Shown: positions 20,542-29,753, counted from the stretch's first letter. The stretch: DNA of 34,510 bases from Candidatus Nanoarchaeia archaeon (GCA_035290625.1 DATDTY010000001.1:1-34510), one strand, 5' to 3'. Program-made: numbers and translations. The notes: generated from the letters alone by a model not told the origin.

Positions 20542-21264
20542 CTACCCCTCTTTCTTAAAGTCCTTCTCGAACAAAGAAAAGGGCAGTTGGTCATGGAATA
20601 TCTTGACGCCTTTTCCATCTATGGTAAAGGGGTAGATGTCAAGCATATGGTCCTGGTTCCGCATTTTTGCTATCGTAAGGATGCGCTCAAATGACGAGGA
20701 TCTCCGCACCTTTGAGAGGAGGATCAGCCCATCGAAGAGAAAGTCCTCAGGCTCATACTCAAGCTCATCAAGATGCGTAAAGGGCTTCTCTGCTGTGGCC
20801 ACAAGCGTGACACTCGCTTCTTTCATTCGCAGGATAAAGTCAAGCACTTCCTTCCTGTAGTCCATCTCCCCTGCCACATGGATATAGCCGAAGAGGGTCA
20901 AAGAATCCAGCACGACGCGTTTGATCCGCTTTTTCTTGATGATCTCAAGAGGAGTGACAATCGACATCAGCTTTTTTGACGAGATTGACTGTTTGATGAA
21001 GGTAAGCAGGCCTTTCCGTTCCAGATCATCCAGGCCGGGGTATATCTCCCTGCCCGTCTCGCGGATCGAATCAACTTCTTCCTCTGAGGTTATGTACAGC
21101 CCGGGCTCCCCAAGCTTGGCTCCAGCAATCATGAACTGCATCGTCATCATTGTTTTTCCGGTTCCAGGCGCGCCAGTCACAAGGACACAGTTGCCCTGAA
21201 GAATTCCGCCATAGAGAATCTCATCCAGCCCCGGAATGCCTGTTTTTATCCTTGCATGTTGCAT
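20542..21264 (-). CDS. KaiC/RAD55-like RecA-superfamily ATPase (single domain)
   Basis: KTGIPGLDEILYGG, GAPGTGKT, RVVLDS, IAKMR; start reassigned to 21264. Confidence 0.92.
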   Translation of the reverse strand: MQHARIKTGIPGLDEILYGGILQGNCVLVTGAPGTGKTMMTMQFMIAGAKLGEPGLYITSEEEVDSIRETGREIYPGLDDLERKGLLTFIKQSISSKKLMSIVTPLEIIKKKRIKRVVLDSLTLFGYIHVAGEMDYRKEVLDFILRMKEASVTLVATAEKPFTHLDELEYEPEDFLFDGLILLSKVRRSSSFERILTIAKMRNQDHMLDIYPFTIDGKGVKIFHDQLPFSLFEKDFKKEG

Positions 21265-21298
21265 AGACCAGCTACCAGCACAACTGATATAAAAAGAT

Positions 21299-21661
21299 TT
21301 AGGTCTTTGAGAGCCTGTCAGGCCCATTGAAGAACACAGCAAAAAACCCGGCAGCAAGGGCAAGATCCCTCACCATCACATCATTATATCCAAGATTGAT
21401 GGCAATAAAGAGCACATGGATAAAGGCAATGAAAGCTGCAACCCTCACAATAAATCCTGACAGGAGCAGAAGGCTCAAAGCAATTTCAAATACTCCATTT
21501 GCAGCGACAAGCAGGGTTGTGTTTGCAACAGCATCAGCCCAGCCAGGAACATAGGAAGCCCAGTTGTCCGGAGACGCCACCTGCCACACCCCAAACCAGA
21601 GCAGAAAGATTCCCAGGCTTATCCTGAGGATTACTGGCCCATAGGACGAATCAATCTTCAT
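21299..21661 (-). CDS. DoxX family membrane protein
   Basis: LRISLGIFLLWFG...GVFEI...RDLAL; start chosen by TATA spacing (21682 and 21673 also possible). Confidence 0.8.
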   Translation of the reverse strand: MKIDSSYGPVILRISLGIFLLWFGVWQVASPDNWASYVPGWADAVANTTLLVAANGVFEIALSLLLLSGFIVRVAAFIAFIHVLFIAINLGYNDVMVRDLALAAGFFAVFFNGPDRLSKT

Positions 21662-21704
21662 CCAACCACTCATATTCCTCATCTTTTTAAGGGTTTTTAT
21701 TTTG

Positions 21705-21883
21705 ATGGAGGTTGGTGCGAAATTGAAGGTTGCCATCATTTTGTGAGCAACATCGCTAATGAATAAGCATCGACATCGAGGGGGATGCCCCATGGAGGAC
21801 GAATGTCGATTATCACAGAGATATATGCCATGTGCGAACTCGATGGCAACCCGAGCATTGCGAGAATTTCGCACCAACCCCAT
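21705..21883 (+). mobile_element. Structured intergenic element, copy E2
   Basis: IR GGTTGGTGCGAAATT (21710-24 / 21865-79); inner stem GGTTGCCATC/GATGGCAACC; ATCGACAT...ATGTCGAT arm; flanking direct repeat unclear. Confidence 0.8.
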
Positions 21884-21927
21884 TTTTACACATAAACTTT
21901 TAAACCTGTTGCAGTTTCAGGTACACC

Positions 21928-22218
21928 ATGAATATCATCACTGATGAAAAGCTTGAAAAGTATTTTTCCATCACGCAAAGAGCGCTTCTGAAGGCAAAGG
22001 CAGTAAAAAAGAAAGCAGAGATTGACTTTGAAGAGAAGGCGCTTGAATTCCTTGACATGGCCCAGCGCTACTTTGACGATGCAAAACATTTTGAGAAGAA
22101 AGGGGATATCGTGACTTCCTTTGCCTGCCTGAACTATGCCCACGGCTGGCTTGATGCAGGAGCGCGGCTTGGCCTCTTTGATGTTGGAGGAGACTCAACA
22201 CTTTTTACTGTGGATTAG
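21928..22218 (+). CDS. DUF357 domain protein
   Basis: MAQRYFDDAKHF...FACLNYAHGWLDAGARLGLF. Confidence 0.9.
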   Translation: MNIITDEKLEKYFSITQRALLKAKAVKKKAEIDFEEKALEFLDMAQRYFDDAKHFEKKGDIVTSFACLNYAHGWLDAGARLGLFDVGGDSTLFTVD

Positions 22219-22682
22219 CGCACTCTCTTCACTATGCCCAGCACATCAGCGGCATGGCCTTTCGGCTCCACACTCCTCCAATGCTCTGCAATCCTTCCCT
22301 GAGGATCAATAAGCACAGTGCTTCTGATAACTCCTTCAATCTCCTTGCCGTACATCATCTTCTTCCCCCAGGCGCCATACTGCTTAATCACTCTTTTGTC
22401 AGGATCGCTTAAGAGCCTTACTGTTAAGCCGTGCTTTTCAATGAAGTTACAATGGCTTTTCCCAGAATCCGGGCTGATTCCAAGCACAACTGCATCGCTC
22501 TTGTCAAACTCTTTGCTAAGCCCCGAGAACTCGATTGCCTCGATGGTGCACCCCGGCGTGTCGTCTTTTGGATAGAAATAAACAACAACAAATCTCCCTT
22601 TCAGGTCTTTCAGGCAGACATCTTTCTCATCCTGATCCCTGAGGCAAAAATCAGGCGCTTTCATCCCTTTGGTGATCTCCAT
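22215..22682 (-). CDS. bcp: Peroxiredoxin, BCP/PrxQ type
   Basis: YFYPKDDTPGCTIEA, LGISPDS, RSTVLID. Confidence 0.93.
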   Translation of the reverse strand: MEITKGMKAPDFCLRDQDEKDVCLKDLKGRFVVVYFYPKDDTPGCTIEAIEFSGLSKEFDKSDAVVLGISPDSGKSHCNFIEKHGLTVRLLSDPDKRVIKQYGAWGKKMMYGKEIEGVIRSTVLIDPQGRIAEHWRSVEPKGHAADVLGIVKRVR

Positions 22683-22785
22683 GGCGAACAGTCAGAAACA
22701 GGATATATTTCCATGTTGTGATTTTTGCTGATTCCAAGAGCACAGATTCACAAACTTTATAAACGCCATCACAAGCCTTCACACT

Positions 22786-23493
22786 ATGAAACTCGAAGGT
22801 AAGTTTGAAAGTATAAGCATTGGGCTTGTTGGTGTGCTGGTTCTCCTCGTTGTTGCAAACCAGGCCCAGATATCGAGCATTTCAGGATCTACAACAGGAT
22901 CCAGCATAGGACTGGGTTCAGGCTTGAGGCTCGGCAGAGGCACTGCTGATCTTGCTTCAGTGGACATCAATGAGATCAGGTCAACAGCGCAGGGCATTGC
23001 AACGCTTTTCCCTGTAGAAAAATTATCAACAGCAGAAGGGGCAATGCAAGCCATGTTTCCGACAGGAACTCCAGAGTATGGAGATGCGATGGGAGTGACA
23101 TTTGATGATCCTATCGGAGCCTTGACAAAGCTCTCAAACGCCTATCCTGCATTGGACCAACAGGCAAGAGGAAATCCAGAGGTTTGGCAACGATACATTA
23201 ATCTTGCTTCAGAGCCAAGAGGCGTAAGCTGCGAGTTCTGCTGCGGTGTCGGAGCAGCAGGCATCTCAAAAGATGGCCGCTCACTCTGCGGCTGCCAGCA
23301 TGCTCCTGCTCTTTTAAGCGTCACGCTCTGGCTGCTTATGAACACAGACTACAATGACGCGCAGATACTGCAGGAAGTATACCGCTGGAAAACCCTTTTC
23401 TTCCCGAGGAATATGATTGAGCTTGCAGGCAAGGTTGCAGGCGGAGACAGTTCAGTGTTAAATGATTTGCCAGGAATGGTAGGAGGATGTTAG
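22786..23493 (+). CDS. Membrane-anchored Cys-rich putative metal-binding protein ending MVGGC
   Basis: N-terminal TM; CEFCC and CGCQH motifs; C-terminus LNDLPGMVGGC. Confidence 0.75.
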   Translation: MKLEGKFESISIGLVGVLVLLVVANQAQISSISGSTTGSSIGLGSGLRLGRGTADLASVDINEIRSTAQGIATLFPVEKLSTAEGAMQAMFPTGTPEYGDAMGVTFDDPIGALTKLSNAYPALDQQARGNPEVWQRYINLASEPRGVSCEFCCGVGAAGISKDGRSLCGCQHAPALLSVTLWLLMNTDYNDAQILQEVYRWKTLFFPRNMIELAGKVAGGDSSVLNDLPGMVGGC

Positions 23494-23494
23494 C

Positions 23495-23713
23495 ATGAAA
23501 AAGGAAGTATTGATAACCATTGTCTTGGCTGTCTTGGTATTGGTATCTTTGGTTCAGGCTCTCCAGCTGAGAAGCCTTAAAAGCCAGATTGAGACAGGTA
23601 GCTTTTCTGTGCAGACAAAGGCTGCTGCTACGCCAGTGGCGTCAGGAAGCGCCGGAAGCCCAGCATTGCCGCAGAGCCTGGATAACCTTCCGCAGATGGT
23701 CGGAGGATGTTAA
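23495..23713 (+). CDS. Small membrane-anchored protein ending MVGGC
   Basis: N-terminal TM, low-complexity linker, LDNLPQMVGGC. Confidence 0.75.
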   Translation: MKKEVLITIVLAVLVLVSLVQALQLRSLKSQIETGSFSVQTKAAATPVASGSAGSPALPQSLDNLPQMVGGC

Positions 23714-23786
23714 TCTTTTGTGAAGGGGCAGATTCTTTGTTCTTTTCTGCTTCTCATCTCTCAAGCATTGCTGCATTTGGGGATGG

Positions 23787-24248
23787 ATGATGAATGGTTT
23801 AATTCTTGGGATGTTATCTATGGTCATGCTTCAGGCTTGTGCTCAGGCCAGTGAGGATAACCCTGATATGCTGGCCATCAACCTAATGGACTATAAGACC
23901 TTAGCATTCCATATGCATCCTCATCTTGAGATTGAGATTCTTGGGGAGCAGTATGTCATCCCAGCAAATATAGGCGCATCGCGCCAGGCGATTCGCGTGA
24001 TCCACACCCATGAGCCTGACGGAACACTGCATGTTGAGTCTCCTTATCCTCATCAGTTTGTACTGGCAGACTTTTTTACAATCTGGGGAGAACGTTTTGA
24101 TAAAACGTGTATCTTTAATTACTGCATTGATGAAGAGCATGAACTCCTTGTGTTTGTCAATGGAGGGCAGAGCGATTTGTATGAGAATACCCCCCTCAGG
24201 GAAGACGATGAGATAAAGATAGTTTATAGGAAGTCTATAGGAGAGTAA
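23787..24248 (+). CDS. Exported His-motif putative metal-binding protein
   Basis: HMHPHL, IHTHEPDGTLHVES, LADFFTIWG. Confidence 0.75.
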   Translation: MMNGLILGMLSMVMLQACAQASEDNPDMLAINLMDYKTLAFHMHPHLEIEILGEQYVIPANIGASRQAIRVIHTHEPDGTLHVESPYPHQFVLADFFTIWGERFDKTCIFNYCIDEEHELLVFVNGGQSDLYENTPLREDDEIKIVYRKSIGE

Positions 24249-24275
24249 AGAACAAGAACCAAGAAGGGAATAGAC

Positions 24276-25271
24276 ATGAAGCTGCGATATCGTCTCATCC
24301 AAAGTGCAGGCGCTTTAAGCATAGCTTTAGCACTCCTCATAACCCTCTTTGCGCAGTCTGCAACAGCCCAGGATCTGCCTGTCGGCCTGCAGAAGATCAA
24401 TGAATACAACCAAAAGCAGGCAGAGGATATAGCTCTCAAAGTATCATTTGTTGTCGCCTTTATTGCAGGAATCCTCGGCATCTTCTCTCCATGCATCCTG
24501 CCGTTCCTTCCTGCCTACTTTTCTTACACATTCAAGGAAAAGCGGAATATAACTTTTATGACACTGGTGTTCTTTCTCGGATTCTCAGTCTCCTTTGTTA
24601 GTATGGGAGTGATCGCTGGCACGCTTGGCTATACAGCATTAAGCGTGATCCAGCCTGCGTGGCTTGTCAGGATAGCTGCTGTTGCAATCATTATCTTTGG
24701 CATCATGACCTTATTGGGAAAAGGGATATCCTCGTTCGTGAAGTTCAGGGTTCATTCCCGGAACGATATCCCAGGAACGTTCTTATTAGGCATATTCTTT
24801 GCTGTCGGATGGTCTGCCTGCTTAGGGCCTATATTAGCAGGAATACTCGGAATCGGAGCCGTATTGGGAAATCCTGTGCTGAGCGGATTCCTTCTGTTTG
24901 CATATTCGCTTGGAAATCTGCTGCCATTATTCGTATTATCTGTCTTTTATGATAGATTCAACTTAGGGAAGAGCAGGCTTATCAGAGGAAGGATCCTTCA
25001 TTTTTCATTGATGGGAGAAGGATATGAGGTTCATTCAACAAACCTGATCTCAGGAGTCTTGTTCTTGGTTTTGGGAGGGGTCATGCTGGCGTATAATGGA
25101 ACAGCTGCCTTGAATGCATTGGATCCTCTGAGGCTGTCAGAGTTCTTCTATTCAGGCCAGAATGCTCTGATTAGCTGGAAGTACAGCCAGATTGCCGGGA
25201 TTATGGCTTTGGCGGTGTTTGCGATAGGTGTTGGCTGGTTTTTGTGGAAGAGAAAAAAGGATTCTGAATAG
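24276..25271 (+). CDS. ccdA: CcdA/DsbD-type thiol-disulfide membrane transporter
   Basis: AGILGIFSPCILPFLP and WSACLGPIL conserved Cys motifs; multi-TM. Confidence 0.88.
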   Translation: MKLRYRLIQSAGALSIALALLITLFAQSATAQDLPVGLQKINEYNQKQAEDIALKVSFVVAFIAGILGIFSPCILPFLPAYFSYTFKEKRNITFMTLVFFLGFSVSFVSMGVIAGTLGYTALSVIQPAWLVRIAAVAIIIFGIMTLLGKGISSFVKFRVHSRNDIPGTFLLGIFFAVGWSACLGPILAGILGIGAVLGNPVLSGFLLFAYSLGNLLPLFVLSVFYDRFNLGKSRLIRGRILHFSLMGEGYEVHSTNLISGVLFLVLGGVMLAYNGTAALNALDPLRLSEFFYSGQNALISWKYSQIAGIMALAVFAIGVGWFLWKRKKDSE

Positions 25272-25302
25272 ATTTAAATATGGTCTGTGCTTTGCAATAT
25301 GA

Positions 25303-26121
25303 ATGAAAGAAGAAGTGCTAGAGCTTCTGAGAAAGCATACCAGACATGAATTTGTTGCGTTAACCCCTAAGGGAAATGCTTCGGTGTATGCTGCATTTGA
25401 GACAGTCAGGCAATTAAGCCAGCAGAATGTTGTGCTGATTCCAGACCAGGGCGGCTGGGTAACCTACCGCCAGATTCCCAGGAAGATGAAGATGCTTGCC
25501 TTTGAATATAAAACAGATTACGGTGTCCTGGACGCTAAAGGCCTGCCTTTGCACCTCCAAAATGTGAACTCCCTCATCTATTCCAACCCTGCAGGCTACT
25601 ATGCCGATCAGCCAAGCCAGGAAATCTATAAGGAATGCTCCCAGCGTTTTCCTGTCATCATGGAAGTGTCAGGCTGTCTTGGCTCAGAGACCTGCGATGG
25701 AAGGCATGCTGATATCATGATAGGAAGCTTTGGCAAATGGAAGCCGATCAGCATAGGGACAGGAGGCTTCATCTCCTTCAAGGCTGAGGAAGCCTATAAG
25801 GCCTTCCTGGAGAGAAAAGAGCATAAAGAGCCAAGCATAGAGGAGACAAAGCTCCATGACCTCTATGCCAAGCTTGAGGCAGCTCCTTCAATCTACAAGA
25901 GGTATTACGAAGCTGTCCAGCAGATAAAAAAGGATTTGGGGAATTTTGAGGTCCTCCATCCGAAAAGCCAGGGTATCAATGTCATTGTGAAGTTCAATAC
26001 TGAAGATGAGAAGAAGCTTTTGGTCCAGTATTGCGAAAAGAATAAATATGAATACAAACTCTGCCCAAGGTATATCAGGGTGAATGAGAACGCATTGAGC
26101 ATTGAGGTGAAGCATACATGA
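25303..26121 (+). CDS. PLP-dependent aminotransferase-like protein (DegT/DnrJ/EryC1/StrS-like, short)
   Basis: GSFGKWKPISIGTGG; VLIPDQGGW. Confidence 0.75.
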   Translation: MKEEVLELLRKHTRHEFVALTPKGNASVYAAFETVRQLSQQNVVLIPDQGGWVTYRQIPRKMKMLAFEYKTDYGVLDAKGLPLHLQNVNSLIYSNPAGYYADQPSQEIYKECSQRFPVIMEVSGCLGSETCDGRHADIMIGSFGKWKPISIGTGGFISFKAEEAYKAFLERKEHKEPSIEETKLHDLYAKLEAAPSIYKRYYEAVQQIKKDLGNFEVLHPKSQGINVIVKFNTEDEKKLLVQYCEKNKYEYKLCPRYIRVNENALSIEVKHT

Positions 26122-26363
26122 AGAGGGTTATGTTCCTGGTGGTCATTTTCTTACTGATAGGCTCTTTGATGATCCTAGGGGCGAGAGACATCTCCCTATC
26201 CAACTCAACAGGCAGAAAAACCTTTTTCCTCAGCTTTCTTGAGTGGATGGGAGTTGTGGGAAAGAGCAGCTATGATACTGCCGGCTATGCAATAAAGCAG
26301 GATTGGCTTCCGAACGTGAGCCAGAACAGCAGCAACAGCTCAATCCGGAAGTTGCTCCGATGA
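26118..26363 (+). CDS. Small membrane protein
   Basis: ATGA overlaps at both ends; N-terminal TM. Confidence 0.65.
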   Translation: MKRVMFLVVIFLLIGSLMILGARDISLSNSTGRKTFFLSFLEWMGVVGKSSYDTAGYAIKQDWLPNVSQNSSNSSIRKLLR

Positions 26364-26764
26364 ATGAGCCAGAGTCCATGGACACTCTTGTGTACTTTAC
26401 CAACAGAACCATTGGCAATGGCCATATCAAGGCGTGGGTATATAAGCAGCAGTGCTCCCAGTGCAAAGGAATGATGGGTAAGCCGAAGGGCGCAAAGGGG
26501 AAGGTAAAGATCAGGGCGCAGAATTATGTCTGCAATGAATGCGGATTTTCAGTTCCCAATGAAGAATATGAGGGCGGGCTCAAAGTTCAGGTCAAGTACA
26601 CCTGCCCTTCCTGTAGCAACAGGGGGGAGGCAGAGGTTCCTTTTAGGAGGAAGCGCATCAATGGTGTTGAAACCGTGCGCATCGAATGCAGCCACTGCCA
26701 CGCATCCGTTGACATTACAAAGAAGATGAAGGAGAAGAACGCAGGCGAGCAGGAAAAGCAGTGA
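26360..26764 (+). CDS. Double zinc-ribbon protein
   Basis: Four CxxC pairs (CSQC, CNEC, CPSC, CSHC); ATGA coupling at 26360. Confidence 0.8.
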   Translation: MNEPESMDTLVYFTNRTIGNGHIKAWVYKQQCSQCKGMMGKPKGAKGKVKIRAQNYVCNECGFSVPNEEYEGGLKVQVKYTCPSCSNRGEAEVPFRRKRINGVETVRIECSHCHASVDITKKMKEKNAGEQEKQ

Positions 26765-26788
26765 GGCCGAAAGCTTTGTGGATATAAC

Positions 26789-27592
26789 ATGCCAAAAGAC
26801 TGGAGCGACGAGTTTGTGCACCACTGGAATTATTTCATAGGTCCTGCCAGAGCATCTCCTTCTGACTTAAGGTTCATAAAAAAGAAGATTCTCGAGAAAG
26901 ACAGGGATGCAAAGGTGCTTGTTTTGGGAGCAACACCTGGATACAGGAACCTGTGCGGAGAGTTGGACATTCCTGTAACACTTATTGACTTCAAACGATA
27001 CAATTATGAGTACCTCTCAGATGAAGTCAAGAATAAACCAAAAGAGAGGTTTGTGGAAGGTAATTGGATGGATACAGTGCTGCCTGAGAAGTTTGATATA
27101 ATCCTCGCAGACAATGTTCTGAATGTTGTTCCAACTAAAGAGAATATACGGATTGTCCTTAAAAACGTAGCCAGTATGCTAAAGAAAGATGGGCTGTTCA
27201 TGCCGAGAACTTATGTAAGGGGAAAAAATGAAAGGATTGATCCTGAAAAGGTCATTAAGGAGTACAGGAAAAAGCGGGACGGAAGTGACCTTTACACATG
27301 GCTCTCAAGGGATTTATATCTGGCTGCATATGATTTTAAAGAGGATGTTGTCAGATTTAAGGATATCTGGAAGGTTATAAAGAAGATGCATGACAATGGC
27401 CTTTTTACTGATGAAGAGCTCAAAGAGTGGAGGAACAACTCGTTTGAGAATAGGGAATTCCATTTTATAATCCCTGTAAAAGAAGAGATTGAGGAGATTC
27501 TTTCAGAATTCTTCAATATTAAGCAGGTGTTCTGCGGAACCGAAGAATATATACACGAAACACTTCCGTTGTATGTACTTACATTGAAATGA
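26789..27592 (+). CDS. Class I SAM-dependent methyltransferase
   Basis: VLVLGATPG, LIDF, FDIILAD, MLKKDGLF. Confidence 0.82.
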   Translation: MPKDWSDEFVHHWNYFIGPARASPSDLRFIKKKILEKDRDAKVLVLGATPGYRNLCGELDIPVTLIDFKRYNYEYLSDEVKNKPKERFVEGNWMDTVLPEKFDIILADNVLNVVPTKENIRIVLKNVASMLKKDGLFMPRTYVRGKNERIDPEKVIKEYRKKRDGSDLYTWLSRDLYLAAYDFKEDVVRFKDIWKVIKKMHDNGLFTDEELKEWRNNSFENREFHFIIPVKEEIEEILSEFFNIKQVFCGTEEYIHETLPLYVLTLK

Positions 27593-27634
27593 ACCTAATA
27601 GCCCAGGTGGCAGAGGCAGAGTTGTTCCGGCTCA

Positions 27635-27859
27635 CTTTATGTTAAGCATGATCTTCGTGAAAAAGGTATTGGAACAAAGCCGTTGCAGTATGTTGAGAAA
27701 TATGCTAAAAAGAAAGGATTGAAAGAATTGAAATTAGGTTCAACTATAACCGCTTTAGATTTTTACAGAAATAGAGGTTACAAAACCATAAAGAAAAAAT
27801 ATTATGTGGTCCTTCAAAGTGTTAGAATACCTTGCATCCTGATGTCAAAAAGATTGTAA
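27635..27859 (+). pseudogene. GNAT acetyltransferase C-terminal fragment (not in the ORF track)
   Basis: LYVKHDLREKGIGTKPLQYVEKYAKKKG...ALDFYRNRGY; no start codon; in-frame TAG at 27599. Confidence 0.75.
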
Positions 27860-27891
27860 AGGCACCAAAACTCAATTGAAAGTAACAACCC

Positions 27892-28482
27892 TTAGATAAA
27901 CTCCTCTTTCTTCCGCTTTCTAAGCAGCAAGCCTATACCAAAGGCTGCTGCAAGCGCTGCAAGCAGGATAAGGGGGCCGGTAAGAGAGCCTTGATCAGCA
28001 GCGTTCTGTCTGCACTTGTAGAATCTTGTGTCACAAGCTCCGTTCTTACAGTCGCTGTCCTCCTCGCATTCTATCTTTGAAAGAGGCAGGACAGTCATGC
28101 TTCTCTTTGCATCAGGGCAGATCATTGCCGGATCATCAATCTTGTCTGTTATGATAACTGCTTCAATGCAGGTAAGGTAGTCAAATGTTCTCACACCTGC
28201 AATGGGGGGCCTGATTTTCCATGGAAACACTGCCTTGCCGGTTGCATTAGGCCCAAGCTGGAGGTTGGGATGGTAGGAAGCAAATATTGTCTTGGTCTCT
28301 GCCTCCTGGAGAAGGACAGAAGCGACATGCGTTGTAGCATTGATATTATTCCATATCAGGAAGGTTATGTTTGCTTCAGTCCCTTCCCTGCAGTGGGGAT
28401 CGCTGCACTGTATAGTCGAGGAAAAAGCCGCAGATACACTCTGGCTTGCAAGAACCAATAAAACGATGGCAAGGAAACGCAT
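27892..28482 (-). CDS. Exported protein with C-terminal membrane anchor
   Basis: Signal peptide, Cys-rich CEEDSDC...C...C, TM followed by RKRKK. Confidence 0.8.
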   Translation of the reverse strand: MRFLAIVLLVLASQSVSAAFSSTIQCSDPHCREGTEANITFLIWNNINATTHVASVLLQEAETKTIFASYHPNLQLGPNATGKAVFPWKIRPPIAGVRTFDYLTCIEAVIITDKIDDPAMICPDAKRSMTVLPLSKIECEEDSDCKNGACDTRFYKCRQNAADQGSLTGPLILLAALAAAFGIGLLLRKRKKEEFI

Positions 28483-28539
28483 TCCAGCGGAGTTAACAGA
28501 GGGGATATTTAAGTCTTTTGAACCTGCCTGAAATCAATC

Positions 28540-28701
28540 GGCGCCATTGAAAGGCAATGCAATGCCTCATCATGAGCCATTGAAGCAAGGTAGGAGCAGC
28601 GACAAAGGGGTTGCTCCACACGGGAAATGTCGCCTAGCAGCAGAATCTGTGATTGGCGAATCTGGCATTGCCGAGCGAAGCGAGAGCTTTTCAATGGCGC
28701 C
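28540..28701 (+). mobile_element. Structured intergenic element, copy E3
   Basis: IR GGCGCCATTGAAA (28540-52 / 28689-701); GGCAATGC/GCATTGCC; GCGACA...TGTCGC; CAATCG at 28535-40 and 28705-10. Confidence 0.8.
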
Positions 28702-28710
28702 CGCCAATCG

Positions 28711-28910
28711 GCTCAGTAGAAAGTCAGCCGGCATCAGGCTCGCTTGCGCTTGTATTCGTGTATGCTGACACCCCCGAAGGTGCTAAAAAGAGCTACGCTC
28801 TTTTGGCACACCAAAACGCCCGACGGCGTTTTGATTGGGGCAACCCTCTGTCAGCAGCGGTTATGATTGCGAAGAAGCTCGCAGAAAGGATGCCGGACTT
28901 TCTACAGAGC
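28711..28910 (-). mobile_element. Structured intergenic element, copy E4 (inverted, with apical insert)
   Basis: IR GCTC(A/T)GTAGAAAGT; 11-bp direct repeat CCCGCCAATCG (28700-10, 28911-21); closely similar to E6. Confidence 0.88.
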
Positions 28911-28968
28911 CCCGCCAATCGTTAAATTTAAATATTCAGAAAAGCCCAGCCCCTTCGGGGATGGAAAG

Positions 28969-29097
28969 ATGAAAAAGCAGAAATCAGCCCAAGTTCCAGA
29001 AACTGAGGAGAGGAAGTGTCCAGAGTGCGGAAGCAGGGATATTGGCACTGATGAGACTGAGATGTACTGCAAAAAGTGCGGCTATGTCTTTGAGTGA
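28969..29097 (+). CDS. Small TFIIB-type zinc-ribbon protein (42 aa)
   Basis: CPECGS...MYCKKCGYV; TATA at 28927. Confidence 0.75.
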   Translation: MKKQKSAQVPETEERKCPECGSRDIGTDETEMYCKKCGYVFE

Positions 29098-29218
29098 TGG
29101 CTGCTTCTTGATGGATAAATTCTACAAAACCTGCCCTAGTATACTTTTTTCACCATCAGCCCGCACAAAATTTATAAAGGATGATTGCTCAGAATAAGTA
29201 AGGGGGGTGGGTAAGATT

Positions 29219-29344
29219 ATGAACCAATCTAAAATCCATGACATCGTTGTGGTTGAAGATGGTTCGCTTATCCATAAGCAGGTCGAGCAAAGGCATGGGT
29301 TGCTCTTTATGCGAATAAAGAAGCGGCATGTCTTTGTGACCTGA
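29219..29344 (+). CDS. Possible small protein (41 aa, MNQSKIHDIVVVEDG...), not in the ORF track
   Basis: TTTATAAA at 29171 and G-rich SD-like GGGGGTG upstream of the ATG. Confidence 0.4.
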   Translation: MNQSKIHDIVVVEDGSLIHKQVEQRHGLLFMRIKKRHVFVT

Positions 29345-29466
29345 CTTGTTCTGCAGTTAAGAGTGGCTAAGAGTGGCTCTTGGGAGAACAGCACCTGTTT
29401 GTAAGCTTCCTTACAGAATAATCTACTGCCCCAAGATATGCCAAAGAAAGATTCTAAGATGAGATC

Positions 29467-29709
29467 CTAATGATACCGTAGAACACGTATCTCTTCATGC
29501 TGTTTCTGCTCTAAAGGCAGGTTTGCCTGCACTGCAACTTCAAAGGGATCTCCTTTATGATGCAGCAGAACAAGGTTTGCCTGCGTCTCAAAATAGACAA
29601 AATGCCTTTGCCATCCGTGCTTGTCAGGCTGGTAGAAGAGCTTTTCAGTATTCAGCTGCTCCGCAAGCCTAATGAACTCTTTCATTCCGTTGATTTGCAG
29701 AATAGGCAT
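29467..29709 (-). CDS. Hypothetical protein (80 aa)
   Basis: ORF with TATATAAA 30 nt upstream. Confidence 0.65.
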   Translation of the reverse strand: MPILQINGMKEFIRLAEQLNTEKLFYQPDKHGWQRHFVYFETQANLVLLHHKGDPFEVAVQANLPLEQKQHEEIRVLRYH

Positions 29710-29753
29710 AGCCCTCTTTGGGCGTGCATCATTTATATAGTTTCTTGTTTTAG

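Noticed and set aside
19855..21264. Circadian kaiC clock
   Set aside because: Both are single-domain ATPases, with no kaiA or kaiB nearby
21683..21883. N-terminal extension of the DoxX ORF to 21883
   Set aside because: Runs through E2 and the gene's own TATA box
27601..27680. Complete tRNA gene
   Set aside because: Only 15 nt resemble a tRNA; no anticodon arm, T-arm or matching acceptor strand
28509..28925. ORFs 28509-28694, 28547-28768 and 28653-28925
   Set aside because: They lie over palindromic elements E3/E4 and show no protein motif; open frames are expected in GC-rich repeats
29122..29394. 90-aa minus-strand ORF
   Set aside because: No promoter, SD or motif; a plus-strand small ORF has better signals
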